From: a virus
Length of the DNA stretch: 64,000 nt
IMG/VR virus record: IMGVR_UViG_3300012521_000003
Location: 4,659-68,658 of that record
Direction: 5' to 3' (one strand)
A program made the translations under genes and the position numbers. Below are positions 8,720 to 17,968 of the stretch, one piece after another (positions within the stretch are counted from its first letter, which is position 1; the number at the start of each line of letters is the position of its first letter). Below the pieces are notes generated by a model, which saw nothing but the letters and a program-made list of their open reading frames with translations, had not been told where the DNA came from and made no database searches.

Positions 8720-9412
8720 TTAATCTCGGATACCTGCTGATAGATCTGTAAGTATTTCTATCTTCGCGAGGTCTGATATGGATAGCTTTCTGGGATTCTC
8801 CGGGTCCGGTAAAGCAGGAAGATCTGCGAACCAACTCGCGTCCATGATACCAAAGGCCTCAGGCCAGCGTGAACGACAGAACATTGCTAGGGGTATAGCA
8901 ATCTGTCTCATCTTCATGACGATTGTGGCCTTAGTAGAGTTAGGAAGTACGGCTCTCGCCTGCTGGGGGGAACAGCCGAGATCCTTAATCAGCGTATTAT
9001 AGTAGTACTCTATCTCCGCCATAGCCTCCATCCAGGTATTGAGCTCCTTAGTCCCCTCTCTAAAGAAGAAGGGTCTAACAAAGGCTATGCCTCCCTCGAA
9101 CTTGTGTTCTTTGGTATAGTTACAATACCTTGTACTCTCCTGTGCAAAGCTTGCCATTCTGTGTCTGACAAGCTCATGAGTGACCCCTCGATCTGTGGTA
9201 ACGGCGAAGGTGAGATCCTGGAACTCGATCATTGCATGATGCCCAGTAGCGACTATCTTATCTCGGATAAACGGTCCTGCGGATCCCTCTTTTATATAGC
9301 TCTCAGACTTGTAAGGTACCCTCGCCACGGTCTCAAGGAATTTTATAGCATAGTCGTTATCAAGTACTGTCTGACTTGGGAGTATGGTTATCTTAGGCTC
9401 TACTATTCTCAT
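8720..9412 (-). CDS. thyX: FAD-dependent thymidylate synthase ThyX with an apparent internal in-frame deletion (possibly inactive)
   Basis: THELVRHRMASFAQESTRY motif intact; the usual N-x-R-x3-H-F-x2-L-R segment after RAVLPN is absent; likely start MRIVEP at 9412. Confidence 0.85.
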   Translation of the reverse strand: MRIVEPKITILPSQTVLDNDYAIKFLETVARVPYKSESYIKEGSAGPFIRDKIVATGHHAMIEFQDLTFAVTTDRGVTHELVRHRMASFAQESTRYCNYTKEHKFEGGIAFVRPFFFREGTKELNTWMEAMAEIEYYYNTLIKDLGCSPQQARAVLPNSTKATIVMKMRQIAIPLAMFCRSRWPEAFGIMDASWFADLPALPDPENPRKLSISDLAKIEILTDLSAGIRD

Positions 9413-9650
9413 CAGTCTTGCTCCTTTCACCTGTCTTAGGTCCTATGGCTTCTTCTCCGAGGTATAATCTCGTACCCAACTCGATGGCTCTCTTAGAGAG
9501 CTCATAAAGGGCTATGGGTTTAGGGGCTACTTTTCTGTACTCTAAGTCTAACTGACTCAGAGTAAGATAGGGGTCCTTAATAATGGGGTCCTTCTGGTTG
9601 GGTTCTCTAGAAGGATACCTACTGGACTCACTTTCCAGGGAGGGCGACAT
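9393..9650 (-). CDS. Hypothetical protein
   Basis: RBS AAGGAGGT; 85 aa. Confidence 0.65.
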   Translation of the reverse strand: MSPSLESESSRYPSREPNQKDPIIKDPYLTLSQLDLEYRKVAPKPIALYELSKRAIELGTRLYLGEEAIGPKTGERSKTDENSRA

Positions 9651-9700
9651 TTATGATTACCTCCTTAAAATTAAGTTAGTTTAAGTTTAAAGGCCCATTT

Positions 9701-9781
9701 TAAGCACGCGCTTTTTAGTGTACGTGAATTTTTAAAAGGGGCCCTTATAAATTACATGCCTTAAAAATTAGTGACCTAATT
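9701..9781 (-). repeat. Conserved ~80 bp intergenic element, copy B
   Basis: On the minus strand: AATTAGGTC-N4-ATTTTTAAGGCAT, with AAGCGCG at the same 68 nt offset. Confidence 0.7.
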
Positions 9782-9791
9782 CTATTTTACA

Positions 9792-12026
9792 TTACCCACA
9801 ATATCCAGACCTACAGCCAGAGGCCTTATTTAGTTCTTCCAAAGAGATTATTGGACCGTCCACCTCAATCTTAGGGAGGAATACAGTTTTATCCTGCAGA
9901 CTCGATACTCGCTCGTTAAGTTTGTTGAGAAGATCATCCCACTCTTCCTGCCTGTAGAGTGCTAGGAATTGCTCGAGCTGTCTGGCTATAGCGTCTGAGC
10001 AGCTTTGGACCCTGCACTTATTATTGGCTATTGCTCTAGAGCACTTGACAGACTTAAGCTGGTCTATGATCTCCTGAATGGGAATATTATGTCTCGCTCC
10101 GCTAGAGATGAGTCTAGAGATAGTCTGTATGTTAGCTGTGCAGCCACCGTCTGAGCCAGCAGTAGCGAAGACTTCTCGGATCCTTCCCTTATACGGGTTA
10201 ATAGTGACCCAGATCTTACCACATCCAGATTGGATCTTTGTTGTAAGCCCGATTAGTAGCTCGGGTCTTGTCCCAGCATCGAGGGTCTCAACCTTCTCAG
10301 TAGTAAGGACTCCTGTAAGAGAGCCGTCACGATAGATAGTTATACCTTTGCAACCCATTGACCAGGCTCTGATAATAATATCCTTAACTGCAGATACCTC
10401 AGTCTCCTGAGGTATGTTAACAGTCTTGGATATTGAGTTGTCCACGTAGGGCTGAAGAGCCGCTTGCATTGCTACGTGGTCCTTCGGATCGATTTCTCTG
10501 GCTGTTATAAATAATCTTTGCCACTTTGCAGGTATCTCGTCTACCCCTGTAGCCCGTCCTCTATTTTTTGCAACCTTCTCTATAACTTCCTCAGTGAGCC
10601 AGCCCTCTTGCTCACCGATCTCTCTAAAGAGCGGGTTTACCATGTTCTTTATTTGACCTAGGATGTTTCTCTTATAGACAAGAGCGAAGATAGGTTCACA
10701 ACCCGAGGATACAGCATCGAGTATCATACTGATTGTTCCTGTAGGTGCTATGCAGGTTCTTGTGAGATTACGAACCTTTATACCATCGACACAGTACTTT
10801 GACTCGTACCATCCTTCGGGTACTCCGCGGGACTCGGCAAGCTTGGTTGAAGTCTCAAAGGCGACGTCATTGATGTACTTCATGACCTCAGAAGCTTTCT
10901 CTGTGGCCTCCGGAGTATCATAGGCGAGTCCTAACTTAATGAGCATACCCTGGAGCCCCATTATTCCTAGACCAAGTTTTCTTGTGTACTTTACCTTCTT
11001 CTCGATCTCAGGTAGGGGATAAGAGCTTACTTCAATGGCATCGTCCATGAACCTTATAGCATTCGCTACAATTCTTCCGAGTTCTATCCAGTCCACAGTT
11101 GGCTCGTCATCTCCATTCTGGACTACGAACTCGGATAGATTTATACTGGTGAGATTACAGGCTTCGTGATCCTCGAGTGGAATCTCGCCACATGGGTTGG
11201 TAGTTCTGATAATATGATGATCCCCGAGCATGGGGTTAGCTCTGTTTATGGCATCGACGAATAGTACTCCAGGATCTCCACAGGCCCAGCTATTACTGAC
11301 CATCAGATTGAAGACCTCTCGGGCGTCAAGCTTGCCAGTGTCCTTACCAACCAGATTAGTAGGCTCTCCGCTACCGTCTCTTACGTGATAGGTAGGATCG
11401 GGATCTTCCCCTGTGACCTTTCTCATGAACCAGTCGGGTATCTGTATAGAGAGATTGAAGTTCTGGAATTTTTTCTTATCTACCTTTGCGTTTATGAAGT
11501 CGATTATTTCGGGGTGGTCTATGCGGAGGGATCCAAGATTAGCGCTTCTGCGTTTACCTCCCTGCTTTATCACTTCAGCTTCGCAGTCGAACAACTGCAT
11601 GAAGCTAAGTACACCGGAAGCCTTACCCCCAGTCGAGCTTACAGGGGTTCCTCTTCCTCTTATCTTACTCAGATCAAATCCAGTACCACCACCCATCTTA
11701 TGAATAAGAGCAGCATCGTGGAGAGACTGGAAGATGCTAGAGATGCTGTCATCTATGCCAAGAACGAAGCAGGCGAACAACATGGGGTTCTGGGTACCAG
11801 CGTTCATCAAGAATGGGGTACTAGGAATCCACTTCTTGGTGAGTATGGCCTCTCTCATCTCTTTCTTGAAGGCCTTAATCTCCCTGGCCGGAGTACCGAA
11901 CTTTACCTCCGCCCCTACGACAAAGTCGACTACTCTGTCCACGAGTCTTGTAAAGTCGCCCTTATCAGAGGGTTGGAAGTATTGATTGTCTAATACTTCT
12001 TTAATGTAGTCTGGGGTCTTGAACAT
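9792..12026 (-). CDS. nrdJ: Class II (adenosylcobalamin-dependent) ribonucleotide reductase
   Basis: PSTPFLMNAG, LFACFV, TNPCGEIPL, EACNL, IAPTGTIS, QPYVDNSISKTVN; C-terminal Cys-rich TSCPD-like domain; no beta subunit gene nearby. Confidence 0.92.
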   Translation of the reverse strand: MFKTPDYIKEVLDNQYFQPSDKGDFTRLVDRVVDFVVGAEVKFGTPAREIKAFKKEMREAILTKKWIPSTPFLMNAGTQNPMLFACFVLGIDDSISSIFQSLHDAALIHKMGGGTGFDLSKIRGRGTPVSSTGGKASGVLSFMQLFDCEAEVIKQGGKRRSANLGSLRIDHPEIIDFINAKVDKKKFQNFNLSIQIPDWFMRKVTGEDPDPTYHVRDGSGEPTNLVGKDTGKLDAREVFNLMVSNSWACGDPGVLFVDAINRANPMLGDHHIIRTTNPCGEIPLEDHEACNLTSINLSEFVVQNGDDEPTVDWIELGRIVANAIRFMDDAIEVSSYPLPEIEKKVKYTRKLGLGIMGLQGMLIKLGLAYDTPEATEKASEVMKYINDVAFETSTKLAESRGVPEGWYESKYCVDGIKVRNLTRTCIAPTGTISMILDAVSSGCEPIFALVYKRNILGQIKNMVNPLFREIGEQEGWLTEEVIEKVAKNRGRATGVDEIPAKWQRLFITAREIDPKDHVAMQAALQPYVDNSISKTVNIPQETEVSAVKDIIIRAWSMGCKGITIYRDGSLTGVLTTEKVETLDAGTRPELLIGLTTKIQSGCGKIWVTINPYKGRIREVFATAGSDGGCTANIQTISRLISSGARHNIPIQEIIDQLKSVKCSRAIANNKCRVQSCSDAIARQLEQFLALYRQEEWDDLLNKLNERVSSLQDKTVFLPKIEVDGPIISLEELNKASGCRSGYCG

Positions 12027-12546
12027 ACTGCGCTCTCTCCTTATTATAAAGTTCTATGTAGTTGTCCAGATAGGTTATCGCTAATGGAGTACTACCGTCT
12101 TTATAACTTATCTGAACCATAGGAAATGCTCCACTAATTAAAGCTCTATATAAAGAGGTGTCTAGGGCTGAGAGGCTTATGGATTTAGATTTCAGATAGT
12201 CGTCCCAAAGGGAGGAGTCCTCACTGACAGGAATTGAAGCTCCTAAGCTTATTAGTTGCTTTAACTCAGTCAAGACATAGTCCTCGCCTACCCCGGGGTC
12301 TATTACTATAGCCCAATAAGGTTTACCCATTGAGAAGGCCTGCTGTCGAACCTTCTTAATCCATTCTTTATCGAAGTGTAGAGTCCCGGGTTTAGCATAC
12401 CCGGTTTTTGTCTCTACGAAGAGATCTGGGCCACCGAGATCGCCTCGGTGGCCAGCTACTGCGCCTGAGTTAGCCCTTATCCGGAGCCCAGTTTTCTTGG
12501 AGACTCTCTTATCTTGTCTCTGGGCTATCTTTTTCATAGAGCTCAT
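12001..12546 (-). CDS. PD-(D/E)XK nuclease, Holliday junction resolvase-like
   Basis: SGA...GD...LFVETK motif. Confidence 0.7.
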   Translation of the reverse strand: MSSMKKIAQRQDKRVSKKTGLRIRANSGAVAGHRGDLGGPDLFVETKTGYAKPGTLHFDKEWIKKVRQQAFSMGKPYWAIVIDPGVGEDYVLTELKQLISLGASIPVSEDSSLWDDYLKSKSISLSALDTSLYRALISGAFPMVQISYKDGSTPLAITYLDNYIELYNKERAQYVQDPRLH

Positions 12547-12839
12547 TAGGACTGCTCCTTAGTATGGATTTCTACGAGGGTCATGAGAGCGTAGTTTGCG
12601 AGGTCTCTCAATGTATCAGTTACCGACTCATCAACCTGAGGTGCAGCTCCACCGACGAGGAGAGTCTCTATACGGTTTAGTTTCTCCTGCATCTTGTCGA
12701 GAGCGTACACGTAGCCTCGCTTCTGGATCATTTTACCGAAGGCATCTCCATAGTCTGTGTTCTTACGACGGTATAAGATCTTCAGACCATCGCAGAGATC
12801 ACTGTGGTATCTGTATTTTTTCTCGAGTTTGTCTTCCAT
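12546..12839 (-). CDS. DUF1599 / nucleotide modification-associated domain protein
   Basis: RKNTDYGDAF...KLNRI...ESVTDTLRDLANYALM. Confidence 0.8.
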   Translation of the reverse strand: MEDKLEKKYRYHSDLCDGLKILYRRKNTDYGDAFGKMIQKRGYVYALDKMQEKLNRIETLLVGGAAPQVDESVTDTLRDLANYALMTLVEIHTKEQS

Positions 12840-12840
12840 A

Positions 12841-13854
12841 TTATTTACCTCCTAGTATTAAATCTCTTATATGAGTCTTCAAAGCTGCATAGACCTCTCG
12901 ATGTTCTAGCAGCCATTGAGCCTGTTGTGCACGCCCCTGACCCATCTGCTCCCCGTTGTAGTATCCCCATGTGCCTGATAGCTCAATTAGTCCATATTTT
13001 TCAGCGAACTGTAGTACATCGAACAATGGGTTAAATCCAGAGGTGAAGTACAAGCTAGCTGTACTCTCTCGATAAGGGAACCGACACTTATTCTTAGCAT
13101 TGATTAGTCGGATCTCCTTACCTATTTTAACGGCATCTTTACCTGGAGAGTCAAGAATATAATCACCGTCTCGAGTATAGGTTATTATGCTTGAGTTGTG
13201 GGCTAGAGACTTACCTCCCGGTATCCTCTCAGTGTGGAACCTAGCTCCGATAACATCTCTCGGTTGATTAATCAGGATAAGATTGGTACCACTGTTGGCG
13301 AGTATACCAGGACCTATTATTTTGTCAAAGAATTGAGAGAGCACTGCAGCATTACCACCGTAGTGCTTATCCTCCATACTATCTTCAAGAGTAGCCCTTG
13401 GGCAGAGAGCCGTAACGGAGTCTAGAGCAATGACATCTATATTACCTAGCTTAAGCATATCTATTACTACGTCCAGGGTGGTCTCCGCTGAGTCGTAATT
13501 CTCTGGGACATAGAGTAACAGACTGTCTAGGTCTACTCCTAGCTTAGCTGCCCAGAGTTTGTCAAGACTGTGCTCAACATCCACATAAGCAGCTACTAGA
13601 CCGTTTCTCTGAGCCTCTGCTATCCGTCTCAGGACTATAGAGGTTTTACCTGTACTCTTAGCTCCGACGATTTGTTCTACTCGCCCTCTGGGTCCACCGC
13701 CTCCGTTCACCCAGTCGAGAGCTAGGATCCCTGTTGGTATCCATTCAATAGAGGGTAGCTCAGAGGCCGGCTTTAAGAAGGGGATATTCTTCTTATATTT
13801 CTTTGCGAGTCTAGCATTCAGAGCATCTAATGCCTCCTTAGCCTGCTCAGTCAT
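12841..13854 (-). CDS. recA: RecA-like recombinase
   Basis: IPTGILALD, GAKSTGKT Walker A, YVDVEHSLD, IALDSV, INQPRDVIG, PGGKSLAH. Confidence 0.95.
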   Translation of the reverse strand: MTEQAKEALDALNARLAKKYKKNIPFLKPASELPSIEWIPTGILALDWVNGGGGPRGRVEQIVGAKSTGKTSIVLRRIAEAQRNGLVAAYVDVEHSLDKLWAAKLGVDLDSLLLYVPENYDSAETTLDVVIDMLKLGNIDVIALDSVTALCPRATLEDSMEDKHYGGNAAVLSQFFDKIIGPGILANSGTNLILINQPRDVIGARFHTERIPGGKSLAHNSSIITYTRDGDYILDSPGKDAVKIGKEIRLINAKNKCRFPYRESTASLYFTSGFNPLFDVLQFAEKYGLIELSGTWGYYNGEQMGQGRAQQAQWLLEHREVYAALKTHIRDLILGGK

Positions 13855-13869
13855 TTAATTCAACCTCCC

Positions 13870-14517
13870 CTAGAAATCATCGCCCTCTGGCTCTAAGTCC
13901 GCTGTATCTGCTAGCTCTTCTGGTATTAAGCTATCATCGAGGTCTTTTCTAAATACCTCTCTAGCTACTATTCTAGAGGTTAAGATTTTCTTGATAGCCT
14001 CTAGAACTCTATTAGCTGCCTTAATCTTTGCAGCTAGGGAATTATAGGCCCTCTGAAAGAGTGCCTCCACTTGTTTCTCCTCCCAGACATGCTCCTCCGC
14101 TTGAGCCTTCTTGTCGGGGATGGTGCCTTCCTGTATTTTCTTATAGACTTCAGCGAACTTCTGCTCCCTGGCCATACGAGCCATATCAGACTGTCCTCCA
14201 AGTATACCAAGTCCCTCAGCTGCCTTATACATAGCATGGGCGAGAGCTAAGCAACGCATCTCGAGCTGAAGATCCCCGTAGTTTGTAATTCTACCAGCTC
14301 TGATATCTCGGACTAACATATCCATGCTGTCGGACAGACTATCGAGGTCAGCGGAGTAAGGTGAGACAAGACCTTCTATTATCTCGTTATAGAAGCTGGC
14401 GTCTTCTCTTATCTCTTCGACCCGCCCCTTTATTTTATTAGCTCGCTCCTGTCGTTCCTGCGATTTTAGTGCCTCTTTGATACTCAAAGTCGAGTCTACC
14501 TCCTTGAGATTTGACAT
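13870..14517 (-). CDS. Helical protein next to recA, possible recombination mediator
   Basis: 215 aa, coiled-coil-like; the functional guess rests on position only. Confidence 0.55.
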   Translation of the reverse strand: MSNLKEVDSTLSIKEALKSQERQERANKIKGRVEEIREDASFYNEIIEGLVSPYSADLDSLSDSMDMLVRDIRAGRITNYGDLQLEMRCLALAHAMYKAAEGLGILGGQSDMARMAREQKFAEVYKKIQEGTIPDKKAQAEEHVWEEKQVEALFQRAYNSLAAKIKAANRVLEAIKKILTSRIVAREVFRKDLDDSLIPEELADTADLEPEGDDF

Positions 14518-15043
14518 AAGGTATAAAAGCGAGGGCTAGACCAAGAGCGTCCGTCCCGTCGAGTTTATAGCTTCTGACTCGTCCTTTCTTCTCCCCAGTT
14601 TTATAGGTTTCTACCTTTACCAGGTTCTCGTAGGGTATAGAGAATAGCTCTGCAATCTTCGTAGCTACTTCTTCCTTTGTGGACCAGCCATAGCCAGTTA
14701 CTAGCTTTTTCATCGTACTAGGTGGGATCTCTTTAAAGGGATACCCAGCAGTCATCAGGATGTACTTGATGATACCGACTAGCTCCGTTAGGGCCTGAGT
14801 AGCCTTGAAGCCCCTATTGTCCTTAGGAGCTTCCAAGGCTACCATATCAGGCTTTAGTTCTGCTAACAAATCTCTTACACTGTTTCCCATATACCTGAGG
14901 GTATCTGGATAGTTGAGACCCTTCGGTTTCTCTAGATAGCCATGTGCTATATACTCATAGTCGAGTTGGCCATCGATAAGCTCGGCTCTTATGAGTCCCC
15001 AACCAGTACAAGCCGTCGAATGGTCTATACCCAATATCCTCAT
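14438..15043 (-). CDS. ruvC: RuvC-like Holliday junction resolvase
   Basis: RILGIDHSTACTGWG, VALEAP, IPPSTMKKLVTG...KEEV, DGTDALGLAL. Confidence 0.9.
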   Translation of the reverse strand: MRILGIDHSTACTGWGLIRAELIDGQLDYEYIAHGYLEKPKGLNYPDTLRYMGNSVRDLLAELKPDMVALEAPKDNRGFKATQALTELVGIIKYILMTAGYPFKEIPPSTMKKLVTGYGWSTKEEVATKIAELFSIPYENLVKVETYKTGEKKGRVRSYKLDGTDALGLALAFIPYVKSQGGRLDFEYQRGTKIAGTTGAS

Positions 15044-15052
15044 AAGCTACCC

Positions 15053-15853
15053 CTAAGCTATCTCAGCTAATGGATTCAGATTTGACTTACAGGCCTTTGT
15101 GTAATCGCAATATTTGCAGGCAGTACACTTAACAGCTTCTGGAAGAGTCTTAGAGTCTACGTGTTTCTTAGCGGTTCTCATTTTCTCCTTGGCACGCTCT
15201 TTCATCTCTTCGGTTATCGTTATTCTATAAGCCTTGATGGTCATATAGTTTCTATCTACGTAGAGAAAAATAACCTCGTCCATATCGAGGCCGATAGAAT
15301 AATAAGTGGCCTGCTCTATATGCTGGTCATCCGGTGCTATTCTCTTCATCCATTTAAAATGATCCTCCGATTTTATCTCAATCAGGATACTACGGTTCTT
15401 AAAAAGTATAGCACCGTCGAACATGAATGAGAGGTTCCACTCGTCATTTATACAGTGGCACTCATATGGGTTATCGGTAGAATGAGTTGTCTCTGCTACC
15501 CTTGTAGGTATACCCCGCTCTGCAGCTAGAGCGACAACAGCTCTGGGCTCCTTGAATATAATACCTTGATTGGATCCTTGAAACATAGCCTCCTGTATCA
15601 GAGAATGGATAAAGGTTCCGACCTTCTGTATCATTATCAGCTTCGGGTCGGTAGTTGTTACTGCATTAGCAGGAGCTCCGGTTAATATGTAGTACATCTG
15701 CCTCAGGCACATTGTCTTAGAAGGCTTTATGTTCTGCTTTGTCCTTTGGCTAGGAGGGTTGTTCACCCTTATAGAGTCGAATATAGCCTCTACTAGAGAA
15801 TTCTCAATATCCTGCTGCTTGGTCTGCTTGTTAATCAATCCGGCTAAGCCCAT
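15053..15853 (-). CDS. Cas4-like PD-(D/E)XK exonuclease with Fe-S cysteines
   Basis: PSKTMCLRQ, GTFIH, FDG...IEIKS, QATYY, CTACKYCDYTKAC. Confidence 0.85.
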   Translation of the reverse strand: MGLAGLINKQTKQQDIENSLVEAIFDSIRVNNPPSQRTKQNIKPSKTMCLRQMYYILTGAPANAVTTTDPKLIMIQKVGTFIHSLIQEAMFQGSNQGIIFKEPRAVVALAAERGIPTRVAETTHSTDNPYECHCINDEWNLSFMFDGAILFKNRSILIEIKSEDHFKWMKRIAPDDQHIEQATYYSIGLDMDEVIFLYVDRNYMTIKAYRITITEEMKERAKEKMRTAKKHVDSKTLPEAVKCTACKYCDYTKACKSNLNPLAEIA

Positions 15854-16328
15854 CTATTTCGCCTCCTGGCATTATAACTTTTATCAGCTCAATCCCGGCA
15901 GATAATAGAAGATCTTTACCGAGATTATTGCCATAATCCTCTATATAGAATATCCGTCTAAAATATCTCCTTTTGAGTATCTCTATACAGCAGTCTATAC
16001 AGGGAAACAGGGTCACATATAGATATCTATTCAATATAGAGTCTGGTGGAACCAGGTTGTCTGAAGCTTCCAGAGCCATGACCTCTGCGTGTTCTCCGTT
16101 ACAGGGTTTCTCAGTACCAGGTTCCATGCCTTTATGAGAACAGTGGTCTCCATGAAGACATCCACTGCCATTAAATCCAGAGGTTACTATAAGGTCTTCA
16201 GTAACTCTCACCACTGCACCTACATGCCTGCGAGAGCACTCACTCTCTTTCGCACTCTTTACAGCATAGGCTAGCAGCTTTTGGTCTAGAGGATCGAGAG
16301 TCTCAAAGGAGACAGTCTGGAGACCCAT
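15831..16328 (-). CDS. dCMP deaminase
   Basis: SECSRRHVGAV, SGFNG, HAE, PCIDC zinc motifs. Confidence 0.92.
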   Translation of the reverse strand: MGLQTVSFETLDPLDQKLLAYAVKSAKESECSRRHVGAVVRVTEDLIVTSGFNGSGCLHGDHCSHKGMEPGTEKPCNGEHAEVMALEASDNLVPPDSILNRYLYVTLFPCIDCCIEILKRRYFRRIFYIEDYGNNLGKDLLLSAGIELIKVIMPGGEIDGLSRID

Positions 16329-16918
16329 TATTCGCGGCCTCCAGACATATAATAGTGGGCACTTCCGATATGCACCACCAGCTCCTCTTCAACAGGACCC
16401 TCCTCGGGCTTTATATACTCGGTATTCATCCTACGGAGTATCTTAGCAAGAGCCATCAGATCCATGGGAAGTAGGCTTACAACATCTGAACTTCTCATAT
16501 AGACTATAAGCTTAGTCTTATTACCCCTCTTGATATACTGAGCTAAGCTTATACAGTCATTGCTGAAGACTACGGTCTTACGATTTTCGAGGGGAGCCTT
16601 AAAGAAGTATGCTAGCTCCTTGACCTTGTGGAGCAGGCTGTACTCCAGCTGCTTATAGTGGTACTCCTCGTCGCGGTACTTACGTCGATAGTATTTACCG
16701 TAATAGTCCACTACACCATCTTCTACCTCGTCTAGGTATACGGACCTATGCTTGTTGGCGAAATGGTCAAACCAAGCTGTGTGGATATGTAAGGTTACAT
16801 CCACAAGCTCCTTCGTAGTCTCGTGTGTCTCTCCTTCTAGGTCTATCTTATCCTTGAGCTCCTTGCAGGCATTCAGTATTGGATTCATTATGTACTCGGG
16901 TTTATTCAGATCCAGCAT
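16328..16918 (-). CDS. Thymidylate synthase-fold protein B (divergent, dCMP-type Asp)
   Basis: NDCISLAQY...YMRSSDVVSLLPMDL...IGSAHYY aligns with the ThyA catalytic core. Confidence 0.8.
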   Translation of the reverse strand: MLDLNKPEYIMNPILNACKELKDKIDLEGETHETTKELVDVTLHIHTAWFDHFANKHRSVYLDEVEDGVVDYYGKYYRRKYRDEEYHYKQLEYSLLHKVKELAYFFKAPLENRKTVVFSNDCISLAQYIKRGNKTKLIVYMRSSDVVSLLPMDLMALAKILRRMNTEYIKPEEGPVEEELVVHIGSAHYYMSGGRE

Positions 16919-17394
16919 CGTAAGTCCTCTCCTCTGTAAGCTTTGACAAAGTTGACTATCTGGTTTACAACTTGCTGTGGGTCTCCTCTTGAGGTATCGA
17001 TTATCAGCTTATGGGCTATGTTAGACCACTGTATGTAGTCTCTGAAGAGTCTGTCGATTTTCAGATAGTTTTCGAGGGCTCTCTCCTTGTCAATACCCTG
17101 TTCCTCCTTACAGATCCTAACTCTCTGAGTGTCAGGATCTGTTACCAGCAGGATCAGGTACACATCGAATATTTTGAGGAGCTCAGTCTCTGCCTCGCGA
17201 TACTTGTTCAGATCACTCTCCCTGCCATAGAACTGGTCGTAGACAATATTGGAGCCGATAAAGCGATCTATGACCAAGGGCTGATAGTCGGTTGATCTTC
17301 TTAGTAATTGATATACTGTAGACTTCCCTACCTTGTCCCCGCCCTCTAATATTAGAAGGATTGGCTTGGGGGTCTCAATAGCGTACGAACTCAT
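16906..17394 (-). CDS. Thymidylate kinase-like dNMP kinase
   Basis: ILEGGDKVGKST P-loop, VIDRF..S..VY, IIDTS. Confidence 0.88.
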   Translation of the reverse strand: MSSYAIETPKPILLILEGGDKVGKSTVYQLLRRSTDYQPLVIDRFIGSNIVYDQFYGRESDLNKYREAETELLKIFDVYLILLVTDPDTQRVRICKEEQGIDKERALENYLKIDRLFRDYIQWSNIAHKLIIDTSRGDPQQVVNQIVNFVKAYRGEDLRCWI

Positions 17395-17968
17395 AGTCTA
17401 GTATCTCCCTTAAGTCTTTTATTCTGTAGACTCCGTTTTCAAGGTAGCCTTGATTGTACTGGTTATCGACTAGGAAAGCTTTATAATTCCATCTCGCTAC
17501 CGAGTTGGCATAATAGCGGTGGTCGTCAACCAGGAAGCGAAGATTCGGCGCCTTGGTGAGAACTTCGACATACTTATTCTTACCGAAGATTATACCGTCG
17601 TAGGGGAGCTTGTTCTTGGAGAGCCAGTCCGTCGTTTGCTTGAACAGACTCTTATGCTCTTCGAAGGGCCTGGAGGTTATGATAAGTATTGTGTATCCCA
17701 TATGTTTGAGCTCTTTAAGGGTCTCTTTAGCCCCCGCCCTTACTTTTAGATTTGCCTTAACTCCCGACTCTCTATACTCATACTTGAGGTCCCTATATAA
17801 TTGGTATGGGATGTTCCTCTTCGCGTCATTAAGATCCCGATACTTCTCTGCGGAGTTCCGGTTTATAAACTCTACCCAGGGGTCCGGGTAGTAGTTTAGT
17901 ACCCCATCGACATCAAAAGCGCAGATTTTCTGGTCCTGCTCATCCTCCCATCGATTTTGCATATTCAT
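17375..17968 (-). CDS. HAD-superfamily 5'(3')-deoxyribonucleotidase-like phosphatase
   Basis: FDVDGVL motif I, ITSR motif II, K, LVDD motif IV. Confidence 0.85.
   Translation of the reverse strand: MNMQNRWEDEQDQKICAFDVDGVLNYYPDPWVEFINRNSAEKYRDLNDAKRNIPYQLYRDLKYEYRESGVKANLKVRAGAKETLKELKHMGYTILIITSRPFEEHKSLFKQTTDWLSKNKLPYDGIIFGKNKYVEVLTKAPNLRFLVDDHRYYANSVARWNYKAFLVDNQYNQGYLENGVYRIKDLREILDYEFVRY

Noticed and set aside
11385-11993. 202-aa + strand ORF
   Set aside because: Antisense shadow of nrdJ; no RBS or recognisable motif
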